Source: Dehalococcoidia bacterium | GTDB lineage: Bacteria; Chloroflexota; Dehalococcoidia; UBA2979 | DNA: 40,245 nucleotides | Assembly: GCA_030684635.1 (NCBI GenBank) | Contig: JAUXUW010000089.1 | Location: 1 to 40,245 of the forward strand | Direction of reading: 5' to 3' | Part shown: piece by piece, positions 18,978 through 30,316 of the stretch | Layout of the letters: each line of letters begins with the position of its first letter | How positions within the stretch are numbered: the stretch's first letter is position 1 | Position numbers and translations under genes: made by a program | Notes under the pieces: generated by a model | Told to the model about the DNA's origin: nothing | What the model saw: only the letters and a program-made list of their open reading frames with translations | Database searches by the model: none

Positions 18978-20623
18978 GCGACGCCCGAGGGGGCCCCGGA
19001 GGCCTGCCCGGCAGCAGACGGACGCTGCGAGGCGTGCGCGAAGGCGGCGCCCACGAAGTCGCGGAAGAGCGCGTTGGGCTGGTTCGGGCGGCTCGTGAAC
19101 TCCGGGTGGAACTGCGCGCCCACCATGAACGGGTGGTCCGGCAACTCCACGATCTCCACCAGCCCCGTCTCCGTGTCTCGCCCAGCGACGATCAGCCCGG
19201 CTTGCACCAGTTGCGGCAGTAGGCTGTTGTTCACCTCGTAGCGGTGTCGGTGCCGCTCGCGCACCACCGGCTCGCCATAGGCGGCGGCCGCCTTCGTCCC
19301 GGGGACGAGCCGGCAGTCGTACCCGCCGAGGCGCATGGTGCCGCCCATCTCGTGCACTTCCTGCTGCTCGGAGAGCAGGGAGATGACCGGGAACGGGGTC
19401 TTCGGATCCGCCTCGGTCGTGTTTGCGCCGGGCATCCCGGCCACGTGGCGGGCGAATTCGACGACCAGCATCTGGAGCCCGAGGCAGTCCCCGAGGTACG
19501 GGATCTGGCGCTCGCGCGCGTAGCGCACGGCCGCGATCTTCCCCTCCAGACCACGGTCACCGAAGCCGGGGCAGAGCAGGATCCCGTCCACGTCGCCGAT
19601 CACGCGCTCCGCGGAGTCGCTCTCGAGGTCCTCGGAGTGAACCCAGTCGAAATCGAGCGCACCGTCGTGGTGGACGCCGGCATGCACCAGCGCCTCCTTA
19701 ATAGAGAGGTACGCGTCGTGCAGTTCGACATACTTGCCGACGATGGCGATGCGGGCGCGCCGCTTCGGGGCGTGCAACCGCTCCACGAACCGCGCCCAGT
19801 CCTCCAGGTCCGGCTTGGTGTCGCCCAGCCCGAGGCCCTTCATCACGATCTGGCCGAGCCCGGAGCCTTCCAGGATCAGCGGCACCTCGTAGATAGAGTC
19901 GGCCGTCTGCAGCGGGATCACGGCCTCGCGCTGCACGGAGCAGAACAGCGCGATCTTTTCGCGCAGCGCCTCCGGCACCGGGAAGTCGGACCGCGCGACG
20001 ATGACGTCCGGCTGGATGCCGAAGGCCCGCAGTTCGCGCACGGAGTGCTGCGTCGGCTTGGTCTTGAGTTCGTGCGTGGAGCCGATGTACGGCAGCAGCG
20101 TGACGTGGATGAACATCGCCTCGCCCGGCGCGGCATACCGCATCTGCGAGATCGCCTCCAGGAACACCTGGCCCTCGATGTCGCCGACGGTGCCGCCGAC
20201 CTCCACGATCACCACGTCCGCCTTCGCGGAGGTGCCCGCCAGGCGGATCCGGCGCTTGATCTCGTTCGTGACATGCGGGATCGCCTGGATGGTGCCGCCG
20301 AGATAGTCGCCCCGGCGCTCCTTCCGGATCACCTCTTCGTAGATCTGGCCGGAAGAGGAGGAGTTCAGCTTCCCGAGTTCGATATCGACGAAGCGCTCGT
20401 AGTGCCCCAGGTCCAGGTCCGTCTCCGCGCCGTCGTCGGTCACGAAGACCTCGCCGTGCTGGTACGGGGACATGGTGCCGGGATCCACGTTGATGTACGG
20501 GTCCAGTTTGAGCACGGAGACCTGGAGCCCCCGCGCCTTCAGGATGCGGCCGAGGGAGGCGGCGACGATGCCCTTCCCCACGGAAGAGACGACACCGCCG
20601 GTGACAAACACGTAGCTGGCCAT
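18974..20623 (-). CDS. pyrG: CTP synthase
   Basis: [58 protein letters not shown]. Confidence 0.99.
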   Translation of the reverse strand: MASYVFVTGGVVSSVGKGIVAASLGRILKARGLQVSVLKLDPYINVDPGTMSPYQHGEVFVTDDGAETDLDLGHYERFVDIELGKLNSSSSGQIYEEVIRKERRGDYLGGTIQAIPHVTNEIKRRIRLAGTSAKADVVIVEVGGTVGDIEGQVFLEAISQMRYAAPGEAMFIHVTLLPYIGSTHELKTKPTQHSVRELRAFGIQPDVIVARSDFPVPEALREKIALFCSVQREAVIPLQTADSIYEVPLILEGSGLGQIVMKGLGLGDTKPDLEDWARFVERLHAPKRRARIAIVGKYVELHDAYLSIKEALVHAGVHHDGALDFDWVHSEDLESDSAERVIGDVDGILLCPGFGDRGLEGKIAAVRYARERQIPYLGDCLGLQMLVVEFARHVAGMPGANTTEADPKTPFPVISLLSEQQEVHEMGGTMRLGGYDCRLVPGTKAAAAYGEPVVRERHRHRYEVNNSLLPQLVQAGLIVAGRDTETGLVEIVELPDHPFMVGAQFHPEFTSRPNQPNALFRDFVGAAFAHASQRPSAAGQASGAPSGVA

Positions 20624-20661
20624 GGTGGGAGCACTCGCGGCAGGGGGAGCCGGTTTCCGTC

Positions 20662-20691
20662 ATCTTACCGACGCATCCGCAGGGGTGTCGA
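20662..20691 (-). promoter_or_regulatory. Putative sigma70 promoter of pyrG
   Basis: TCGACA (20691-20686), N18, TAAGAT (20667-20662). Confidence 0.5.
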
Positions 20692-20826
20692 ACCGGGGGC
20701 GGTGAACCGCCTGAATCGCCCTCGCTGAGCGGCGCTCACCCCCTCCATCCGCCACAATCCCCCTTGAGAGAGACGCCGCCGAGGCGTGCCGGGGCGAAGG
20801 TGACGGGGATGAAGGAGGGCCCCCCG

Positions 20827-21789
20827 ATGGCTTCTGTACCGTTCTATCCCGCGCGCACCCCGATCCTGTGGCGCTGGCTGGCGCCGCTGGCCAGCCGGTG
20901 GACCTACACCCGGCTCCTCTACCTCGGGCTCACGTTCCCGCTGGGCCTGGTCTACTTCGTGGCGCTGGTGGTCGGGCTGGCCGTCGGCGGCTCGCTGGTC
21001 TGGACGATCCCGGGCCTGGCGCTGCTGCTGGCGGTCGTCGCCGCCTCACGCTGGGGTGGCGACCTGGAGGCGATGCTCGCGAGGCACCTCGTCGGCATCG
21101 AGATCCGCCGCCCGCCGACCTGGTACGAACGAGACGTGCCGCTGCGGGAGCAGGCACGCCAGGTGCTGACTGACCCGTCCACCTGGACCGGGCTGATCTA
21201 CCTACTCACCCACCTGGTCACCGGCATCGTCGCGTTCGTCCTGCTGGTGCTGGCGGGCGCGTTCGCCTTCGTCTTCACCGCGGCGCCCGCCTTCCAGGCC
21301 GGCTGGTTCAACCTCGAGGTCGACGGCAGCACGGACTACAACCTCGGTGCCTGGGTGATCGACACGCCCGCCGAGGCGTGGGCGCTGGTGCCGCTCGGCC
21401 TGCTGCTCGCGCTCGTCTCGCTGCACCTCGCGAACGGGCTCGCCGTCCTCCACACGCGCTGGGCGCGCCTGATGCTGGGCAGCCGGGCGCGCGACATCCC
21501 CGCCCCGCCGGCGACGCTGCAGGACGGCCCGCCGGTGGTGGCCGTGCCGGTGCAGGGGCTGATCGTGGGGCTGACCCCGCGTGAGCGGGAGGTGCTGCTC
21601 CTGATCGCCCGCGGCTACTCGAACGCCGAGATCGCGGAGGCGTTCGTGGTAAGCGAGGGCACCGTGAAGACGCACGTGAAGCGCATCCTGGCGAAATTGG
21701 ACGTGCGCGACCGCACGCAGGCGGCGATCCTGGCGTTCGACTCCGGGTTCGTGACGCCCGAGATGGCCTCCGAGCCGGAGCCGCGCTAA
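20827..21789 (+). CDS. Membrane sensor domain (PF13796-like) fused to a LuxR/NarL-type HTH
   Basis: [40 protein letters not shown], then [47 protein letters not shown] before ATG 20827; alternative ATG 20809. Confidence 0.85.
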   Translation: MASVPFYPARTPILWRWLAPLASRWTYTRLLYLGLTFPLGLVYFVALVVGLAVGGSLVWTIPGLALLLAVVAASRWGGDLEAMLARHLVGIEIRRPPTWYERDVPLREQARQVLTDPSTWTGLIYLLTHLVTGIVAFVLLVLAGAFAFVFTAAPAFQAGWFNLEVDGSTDYNLGAWVIDTPAEAWALVPLGLLLALVSLHLANGLAVLHTRWARLMLGSRARDIPAPPATLQDGPPVVAVPVQGLIVGLTPREREVLLLIARGYSNAEIAEAFVVSEGTVKTHVKRILAKLDVRDRTQAAILAFDSGFVTPEMASEPEPR

Positions 21790-21850
21790 CCCTCACCGCC
21801 GTTGACGCGCGGGTGCCCCTTCGCCACCGTGGGCGGCGAGGAGGCACCCG

Positions 21851-22654
21851 ATGCCTGACGTGAGTCCCGAGGATGCGACCGCGAGCGTGCTCGTCGAGGT
21901 GCGGGATGGGGTGGCGACCATCACCCTCAACCGCCCGGACGCGCTGAACGCGATGGACGAGGACCTGACGGCGCGCCTGATGGCGGCGCTGGAGCGCATC
22001 CGGGACGACGAGGCGATCCGGTGCGCAGTCATCACCGGCGCGGGCCGCGCGTTCTGCGCGGGCGCCGACCTCCGACGGCGGGCGGCGAATCAGTCGGAGG
22101 GCCGCGGCCCGACGCCGTTCCCGGTCACGCCGCGCCCGCTCTACCACTCGTTCGACGCGCAGAAGCCGATGATCGCGGCGGTGAACGGCCATTGCCTGGG
22201 CGCGGGCCTGGAACTGGCGCTGACGTGCGACTTCCGGCTCGCCTCCACGCTGGCCACGTTCGGGATGCCGGAGATCACGCTCGGCTTCTTCCCCGGCGGC
22301 GGGGCACCGCTCCGTCTCCCCCGGGCGATCCCGCTCGGCGCGGCGATGGAGATCCTGCTGACCGGCGACCGCATCGACGCGCAGACCGCGCGCGAGTACG
22401 GGCTGGTGAACCGCGTCCTCCAGCCAGAGGAACTCCTGCCCGAGGCGCAACGCATCGCCACTCGGATCGCCTCGCACGCCCCGCTCGCGGTGCGCGGCCT
22501 GCGCGAGGTGGTGACTCAGGGGCTGGAGATGCCGCTGCCGCAGGCGCTCCGCTGGGGTGGCGCAATGCGATGGGCGATCGGCCAGACCGAGGATGCGAAA
22601 GAGGGCCCTCGGGCCTTCGCGGAGAAGCGCCCGCCCGAATTCACCAGCCGCTAG
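21851..22654 (+). CDS. Enoyl-CoA hydratase/isomerase family protein
   Basis: ITLNRPDALNAM, AFCAGADL, AVNGHCLGAGLELAL, FGMPEI, AFAEKRPP; SD GAGGAGG. Confidence 0.95.
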   Translation: MPDVSPEDATASVLVEVRDGVATITLNRPDALNAMDEDLTARLMAALERIRDDEAIRCAVITGAGRAFCAGADLRRRAANQSEGRGPTPFPVTPRPLYHSFDAQKPMIAAVNGHCLGAGLELALTCDFRLASTLATFGMPEITLGFFPGGGAPLRLPRAIPLGAAMEILLTGDRIDAQTAREYGLVNRVLQPEELLPEAQRIATRIASHAPLAVRGLREVVTQGLEMPLPQALRWGGAMRWAIGQTEDAKEGPRAFAEKRPPEFTSR

Positions 22655-22658
22655 TCAG

Positions 22659-22904
22659 TCGCTCGCTCGCCGCCACGGGCGGAGGCTGCCGCCGTCGGGG
22701 CGTGACGTCGAGGGATCAACGAGGGGCGGCCCCTCCCCCTGCCCCCTCCCTTGCCCCGGTCGCTCGCCGCGACGGGCCGGAATGCGTCGTCGCTCGCGAC
22801 CGTGACTGGCTCTCTCGATCTCCTCGGATTCAGGAGGGTAGCGGCGCCCGCGGTGCCCTCTCGCTCACCGGCGGCAGCCCCCGGCCCTCGCGCCGAGCGA
22901 GCGA
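22659..22904. repeat. Intergenic element with 36-bp imperfect terminal inverted repeats (MITE/REPIN-like)
   Basis: 22659-22694 versus reverse complement of 22869-22904: 31/36 identical. Partial third copy near 22760-22780 and nested internal hairpins. Confidence 0.65.
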
Positions 22905-22909
22905 GCGAG

Positions 22910-24073
22910 TTAGAAGAGCGGGAAGTCGGCGGGACGGCCGAGAAGCACGCGGCCGGCGGCCTCGTAGACCAGCGGGCCGATCATGACGTGGGCGCCGGCG
23001 GTGTGGATGTCGCGAAAGATCCGGTCAAGCGGGTTCGTGCGCTGGATCGCGCTCGTGGCGCAGGCGCGGTGCAGCAGGTCGACCACGCCCAGGCTCTCCG
23101 TGGCGGCGTGGCTCGCCGCCAGACGCACCTTCGCGCGCAGCGTCACATCGCCCTCGCCGCCGGAGGACTGCACGTCCGCCCAGAGCGCCTCGGCCGAGGC
23201 GTAGTAATAGGTCTTCGCCGCATCGAAGCGCGCCTGCGCGATCGCGAACGTCTCCTGGACGCGCCCCACCTCCTGCAGCGGCACGCCACCCCAGCCGCGC
23301 TTAGTCGTGAACACCTCCCGCGCCGTCGCCAGCGCCGCCCGTGCCAGGCCCAGCGCCTGCGCGCCGTGGTTCATGAACACCAGCCCGCCGCACCGGAACA
23401 GCGCCCAGTCGTGCTGGTGGGAGGAGAAGTCGAAGGTGTGCGTCGCCGGAACGGCCGCCTCGCGGATCTCGAAGTCGTTACTGGCGGTGCCCCGCAGGCC
23501 GGTGGTGTCCCAGGTGTCGTGGATGGTGACCTGCGCGCGCGGCACGAAGAAGGCGAGGACGCGGTCGGTGCCGTCCTCGTTCTTCGCAGGGACATCGCCG
23601 CCGCCCTCGTAGATCAGTGCCTCGCCGGTGAACCAGTCGGCGTGCGAGGAGCCGGAGGCGAAGGGCCAGCGCCCACTCACCGTGTACCCGCTGCCGTCCG
23701 AGGCGGGGACGGCCCGCCCGATCGGCCGTGCGACGCCGGCCATGATGCCGCCGTCCTGGAAGAGGGTCCGCCCGACCTCGGGCGCAACGAAGCCCCCGTA
23801 GACGCCCGCCTGCGCGGCGAGCATCACACACCACCCTGCCGAGCCGTCCGCGGCCGAGGCCTCCTCGATCACGCGCGAGGCGGTGACGGGGTCGGCCTCC
23901 ACGCCTCCGTAGGAGCGGGGCACGGCGAGGTGGAACATCCCTGCCGCCCGCATCTCCTCCACCAGGTCAGGTGGAAGCCGCCGTCCCGTCTCGATCGCGT
24001 CGCCGGCGGCGCGGATGCGCGGCACCACCGCCTGCGCGGCAGCCAGGGGATCGGCGATGGCGTCGAGGGACAT
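22910..24073 (-). CDS. Acyl-CoA dehydrogenase-fold flavin-dependent monooxygenase (HsaA/hydroxylase-like)
   Basis: RRLPPDLV..AGMFHLAVPRSYGG, ADGSAGWC, GRWPFASGSSHADW, DTWDTTGLRGTASND, LDRIFRDIH. Confidence 0.88.
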   Translation of the reverse strand: MSLDAIADPLAAAQAVVPRIRAAGDAIETGRRLPPDLVEEMRAAGMFHLAVPRSYGGVEADPVTASRVIEEASAADGSAGWCVMLAAQAGVYGGFVAPEVGRTLFQDGGIMAGVARPIGRAVPASDGSGYTVSGRWPFASGSSHADWFTGEALIYEGGGDVPAKNEDGTDRVLAFFVPRAQVTIHDTWDTTGLRGTASNDFEIREAAVPATHTFDFSSHQHDWALFRCGGLVFMNHGAQALGLARAALATAREVFTTKRGWGGVPLQEVGRVQETFAIAQARFDAAKTYYYASAEALWADVQSSGGEGDVTLRAKVRLAASHAATESLGVVDLLHRACATSAIQRTNPLDRIFRDIHTAGAHVMIGPLVYEAAGRVLLGRPADFPLF

Positions 24074-24176
24074 CGAAGCGCTCCAGGGAACGAATGAGGG
24101 CGGGACGGCGGGATTCTACGCCCGGGTGATCAGGTACGCTGGGCGTCCCCAAAATCCCGCGGTGATGGAGACCAAG

Positions 24177-25454
24177 ATGAGCGGCGAGCCGACGATCACG
24201 ACCCTCGCGAACGGGCTGCGGGTGGTGGTGACCCCGGTGCCGGCGGCGCAGGCCGCGGCGATGTCGTTCTGGACCGGGGTCGGCTCCCGCGACGAGACGC
24301 CGGCGACGAACGGCCTCTCCCACTACATCGAGCACATGCTCTTCAAGGGCACGACCCGCCGACCCACCGCCCCGGAGATCTCCGAGGCGATCGAGGGCGC
24401 GGGCGGGAGCCTGAACGCCTTCACCACGAAGGAAGTCACCTGCTACTGGAACAACCTGCCGTTCGAGCGCGCCGCGACCGGGCTGGAGGTGCTGGCGGAC
24501 ATGATCCAGCGCTCCCTCATCGAACCGGTCGAGGTCGAGCGGGAGCGGACGGTCGTGCAGCAGGAGATCCGTCGCTCCCACGACGCCCCGGGCTCCTACG
24601 TCGGCGAACTGTCCTCGGTCGCCACGTACGGTGACCAGCCGGTGGGCTGGCCGATCGCCGGGACGCTGGAGACCGTGGGCGAGATGCACCGCGACGACTT
24701 CATGGCGCACATGGGCCGCTTCTACACGGCGGAGAACTCCGTCCTCTCGATCGCCGGCAACCTGGAGGTCGACCGCGTCGTGGAGATGGCCGCGCGCGAG
24801 TTCGACTCGCTGCCGCGCGGGGTGCGTCCGCCCCGGCCCGCCGCCACCGACCAGCGGCCCGAGGGCTACATCCAGCTCGAGGAGCGCCCGATCGAGCAGA
24901 CCAACCTCGTGCTGTCCGTGCTCGGATTCGGGCGGCGCGACCCGGACCGGTACGCAGCGGACATCATGAACACCGCGCTCGGCCGGGGCATGTCCTCGCG
25001 GCTGTTCAAGGAGGTGCGTGAACGCCGCGGCCTGGCGTACTCCGTCTCCTCCGGCTCCACGCGTTACGCGGACATCGGCTCCGTGTCGGTGAGCGCCGGC
25101 GTGACGCGCGAGCATCAGGAGGAGGCGCTGCTGGTGATCCTCGGAGAGTTGCGCCGGCTGATCGACGAGCCGATGCCGGAGGAGGAACTGCAGCGCACGA
25201 AGGACTACGCCTGCGGCTCCTTCCGGCTCTCCCTGGAGACGCCGATGTCGTTCGCGCAGCGCCACGGCGGGCAACTGCTGAACGAGGGCGAGATCGAGCC
25301 GGCGGACGTGACGGTCGCCCGGCTCCGCGCGGTGACGCAGGACGACATCCAGCGCGTCGCGAAGCGGCTGTTCGATGGCGCGCGCTTCTCGCTCGCCGTC
25401 GTCGGCCCGTCCGCCTCCACCGACCGGCTCGACTCGATCCTCCACGGCGGCTAG
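24177..25454 (+). CDS. M16 (pitrilysin/MPP-like) zinc peptidase
   Basis: GSRDE..GLSHYIEHMLFKGT (HxxEH), LNAFTTKE, GMSSRLFKEVRERRGLAYSV. GGAG before ATG 24177. Confidence 0.94.
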   Translation: MSGEPTITTLANGLRVVVTPVPAAQAAAMSFWTGVGSRDETPATNGLSHYIEHMLFKGTTRRPTAPEISEAIEGAGGSLNAFTTKEVTCYWNNLPFERAATGLEVLADMIQRSLIEPVEVERERTVVQQEIRRSHDAPGSYVGELSSVATYGDQPVGWPIAGTLETVGEMHRDDFMAHMGRFYTAENSVLSIAGNLEVDRVVEMAAREFDSLPRGVRPPRPAATDQRPEGYIQLEERPIEQTNLVLSVLGFGRRDPDRYAADIMNTALGRGMSSRLFKEVRERRGLAYSVSSGSTRYADIGSVSVSAGVTREHQEEALLVILGELRRLIDEPMPEEELQRTKDYACGSFRLSLETPMSFAQRHGGQLLNEGEIEPADVTVARLRAVTQDDIQRVAKRLFDGARFSLAVVGPSASTDRLDSILHGG

Positions 25455-25475
25455 CGGACGCCGAGGGCGACGCGC

Positions 25476-26480
25476 ATGACCGGCCTCACCACACTCCCGG
25501 ACGCGGCGACCGTCGCGCGCATCTTCACGGTCGCGACCGGCGAGGCGCCGGACAACCTGCGCATCCTCGGCCAGGGCGTGACCGCCGTCGGCTGGCGCGT
25601 GGACGCGCGAGGCGGCCCGTACTGCGTGCTCATCGCGATCCCTCCTGACGTGCAGGCGCAGCAGGGACGCGACGAGCCCGCGCAGTTCGGCGCGCGGCAC
25701 GCGCTCCTCACCGCGCTGTCGGAGGTGACCCCACTCGTCCCTCGCCCCATCTCGACCTCCGTCGACCCGGAGCAGAGCGACCCCGTCGCCGGTCGCTGGG
25801 CGTGGGCCGTCACGTCGCTCCTGGATGGCGAGCGGCCCGGCCCCGGCGGGATGCCCGAGGCGACCGCGCGCGACCTTGGCGCGGTGCTCGCGGCGCTGCA
25901 CGCGGTCCCGGTGGAGGGCTACGGCCTGCTCGAAGACCGCGTCGACCTGGTGCGCGGCGTGGCCGCCCACCGGGGCGCGGGGATGCTCGCGCGCTGGCCC
26001 GCCGGCTTCTGGCCGTTCGACGGCCGCTCGCTGCTCTCCCACCCGGTCACACGCCTCGCGCCGTCGCTGATCGCCGGGCTCTCCGCGGTGCGCGAGCCCC
26101 TGCTGCGCTATGCGGACGCGCCAAGCGCGGTCGCAGCCTGCCACACGGACCTGAACGCGAGCCACTTCCTGCTGCGTGAGGGGCGGCTCTCCGGCCTCAT
26201 CGACTTCGGCGACGCCGCGATCCTGCCGCCCGCGTTCGATATCGCCTCGTTCGCGTACTTCCAGGGGTGGCCGCTGACGAACGCGCTGATCGAGGGGTAC
26301 GCGAGCAACCGGATCATGCGCGAGATTCGGCTGGTGGAGGCGCAGCAACTGGCGGTCGCGCTGGCGCTCCAGAAGGTGGAGAAGTCAGCCCGCGCGGACG
26401 ATGCGGTGCGGCGACAATACGCGCTGGACTTCCTCGCACATACGCTGCCGCTCGCCGCGGCACGCAGGAGTGACGCCTGA
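25476..26480 (+). CDS. Aminoglycoside phosphotransferase/kinase-like (APH) family protein
   Basis: LGQG P-loop-like, LGAVLAALH, CHTDLNASHFL, GLIDFGDA. Confidence 0.82.
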   Translation: MTGLTTLPDAATVARIFTVATGEAPDNLRILGQGVTAVGWRVDARGGPYCVLIAIPPDVQAQQGRDEPAQFGARHALLTALSEVTPLVPRPISTSVDPEQSDPVAGRWAWAVTSLLDGERPGPGGMPEATARDLGAVLAALHAVPVEGYGLLEDRVDLVRGVAAHRGAGMLARWPAGFWPFDGRSLLSHPVTRLAPSLIAGLSAVREPLLRYADAPSAVAACHTDLNASHFLLREGRLSGLIDFGDAAILPPAFDIASFAYFQGWPLTNALIEGYASNRIMREIRLVEAQQLAVALALQKVEKSARADDAVRRQYALDFLAHTLPLAAARRSDA

Positions 26481-27202
26481 TGCCTCACGTCGAACTGCCC
26501 ACCGGCATCCGCATCCGCTACGACGAACGCGGTCCGCGCGACGCCCGCCCGCTGGTGCTGGCGCACGGCTTCGGGGTCGGCCTGGAGATGTGGTACCCGC
26601 AGATGCACGTGCTGGCGCAGGACTACCGCTTCATCGCCTGGGACGCGCGCGGCCACGGCGGCTCCTCGGCGCCCGGCATCGTGGAGGACTACACCATGCC
26701 CGCGCTGGCGGCCGACCTGCGCGGGCTGCTCGAAGCACTGGACGCGGCGGACGGCGCGATCATCGGCGGGATGTCGTTCGGCGGGCAGGTCGCGCTGCAG
26801 TACACCGTGGACCACGCCGCGGACGTGCACGCGCTCGTGCTGAGCGACAGCACCACGCGCGGCGCCCAGCCGCCGCCCACGCCGCGCACCGGCGAGGTGT
26901 GGGACTGGGCCGGTGACCCCGGGCTGGAGGGCTGCCGCCACGCGATGCAGACCCGCCCCGACCTGACCGAGGCGATCAAGGACCTCCAGGTCCCCACGCT
27001 GGTGATCGTCGGCACGCTGGACGAGATGATCCTGCCCGGCCTGCGCCGGCTGGACGGGCTGCCTCGCTCGCGCACGGTGCGGCTGGACGGGTGCTATCAC
27101 GGTACCAGCAGCCAGCGACCGCGCGACTGGAACGAGCAGGTGCTCCGCTTCCTTCGAGACGTCGAGGCGGGCGCACCCCTCGGCGAGGACGAGATCGTCT
27201 AG
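26480..27202 (+). CDS. Alpha/beta-fold hydrolase
   Basis: LAHGF, WDARGHGGS, GMSFGG nucleophile elbow, VGTLD, late His. Start overlaps the previous stop (TGATG). Confidence 0.92.
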   Translation: MPHVELPTGIRIRYDERGPRDARPLVLAHGFGVGLEMWYPQMHVLAQDYRFIAWDARGHGGSSAPGIVEDYTMPALAADLRGLLEALDAADGAIIGGMSFGGQVALQYTVDHAADVHALVLSDSTTRGAQPPPTPRTGEVWDWAGDPGLEGCRHAMQTRPDLTEAIKDLQVPTLVIVGTLDEMILPGLRRLDGLPRSRTVRLDGCYHGTSSQRPRDWNEQVLRFLRDVEAGAPLGEDEIV

Positions 27203-27233
27203 GCTGCGCCCACCTCAACAGACGGGATTCGCC

Positions 27234-28133
27234 ATGCTCGCGCTGCGCAGCACCCTGGTCGTCGACGCGCTGGATGCGCCCGCGCTCGCCGCGGCGCGGA
27301 CCACCGCCGCCGATGCCGTCCTCATTGACCTCGCACACCCGAGCGTGCAGGGCCGCCGCGACGAGGCCCACGCGCAGGCCCGCCGCGCCGCGCAGGCGAT
27401 CGCGAAGGCCGGGCGGCCCGTGTTTGCGCGCGTCTCCTCCACCGTCACCGGCGAGATGGAGGCGGACCTGGACGCGGTGGTCGGCGCGTGGCTGACCGCC
27501 GTCGTGCTCTCCGACACGGAGCAGCCGCAGGACGCCCGCGACGCGGACGTGCAGATCCGCAAGCGTGAGATGCGGGCGCGGCTGACGCCGGGCGGCATCC
27601 GTCTGATCCCTGAGATCGAGTCGGCGGAGGCGCTGGCCGTGCTGCCCGGCATCCTGCGGTCGGTCGACCGCTTCGGCGCGGTCATGCTCAGCCTCACCGG
27701 GTTGCGCGAGGACCTGCGGCTCGGCGCCCGCGCGAGCGCTGTCTACGAGCACGCGATGGCGGACGTGGCGATCGCCGCGCACACCGTGCGCCTCCCGTGG
27801 GCGCTGAACGTAGAACATCACCGCCCGGAACTCACCGCGATGCCGGCGAGGGCGCACGATTTCGGCGCGGCCGGCGTCACCGTGCACCACGAGGGCACCG
27901 CGCGCGGGATGAACTCGCTCTTCACGCCCGACCCGACCGAGGTCGCGATTGCGCGCGCCATCCTCGTGGAGTGGGAGGCGGTGCGCGCCCGCGGCGAATG
28001 GGCGGGCGTCGTCGCCGGCGAGGTGCTGGAAGCGCCCGCGACCGACCGCGCCGTCGACCGGCGCTCCGTGCGTCGCGCCCGCGCGCTGCTCGACCAGGTC
28101 ACCGCGATCGAGGCGCGGGAGCGCGCCGGCTAG
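27234..28133 (+). CDS. CitE/HpcH-HpaI lyase-fold protein, divergent
   Basis: LRSTL, ADAVLIDL, ARVS, IPEIESA, NSLFTPDPTEVAIARAI and C-terminal VDRRSVRRARALL match the CitE layout. Confidence 0.75.
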   Translation: MLALRSTLVVDALDAPALAAARTTAADAVLIDLAHPSVQGRRDEAHAQARRAAQAIAKAGRPVFARVSSTVTGEMEADLDAVVGAWLTAVVLSDTEQPQDARDADVQIRKREMRARLTPGGIRLIPEIESAEALAVLPGILRSVDRFGAVMLSLTGLREDLRLGARASAVYEHAMADVAIAAHTVRLPWALNVEHHRPELTAMPARAHDFGAAGVTVHHEGTARGMNSLFTPDPTEVAIARAILVEWEAVRARGEWAGVVAGEVLEAPATDRAVDRRSVRRARALLDQVTAIEARERAG

Positions 28134-28147
28134 CGACGGCGCTCGGC

Positions 28148-30287
<2,140 letters not shown>

Positions 30288-30316
30288 CGGCTGGGTAGCC
30301 TTCGGGAGGAGCACCC

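Noticed and set aside
20624-20661. B. subtilis-type pyrG reiterative-transcription attenuator
   Set aside because: No GGGC at the predicted start site and no leader terminator.
20676-20700. GGTTCGACA on the minus strand resembling a tRNA T-loop
   Set aside because: Flanks do not pair and there is no cloverleaf; it coincides with the predicted pyrG -35.
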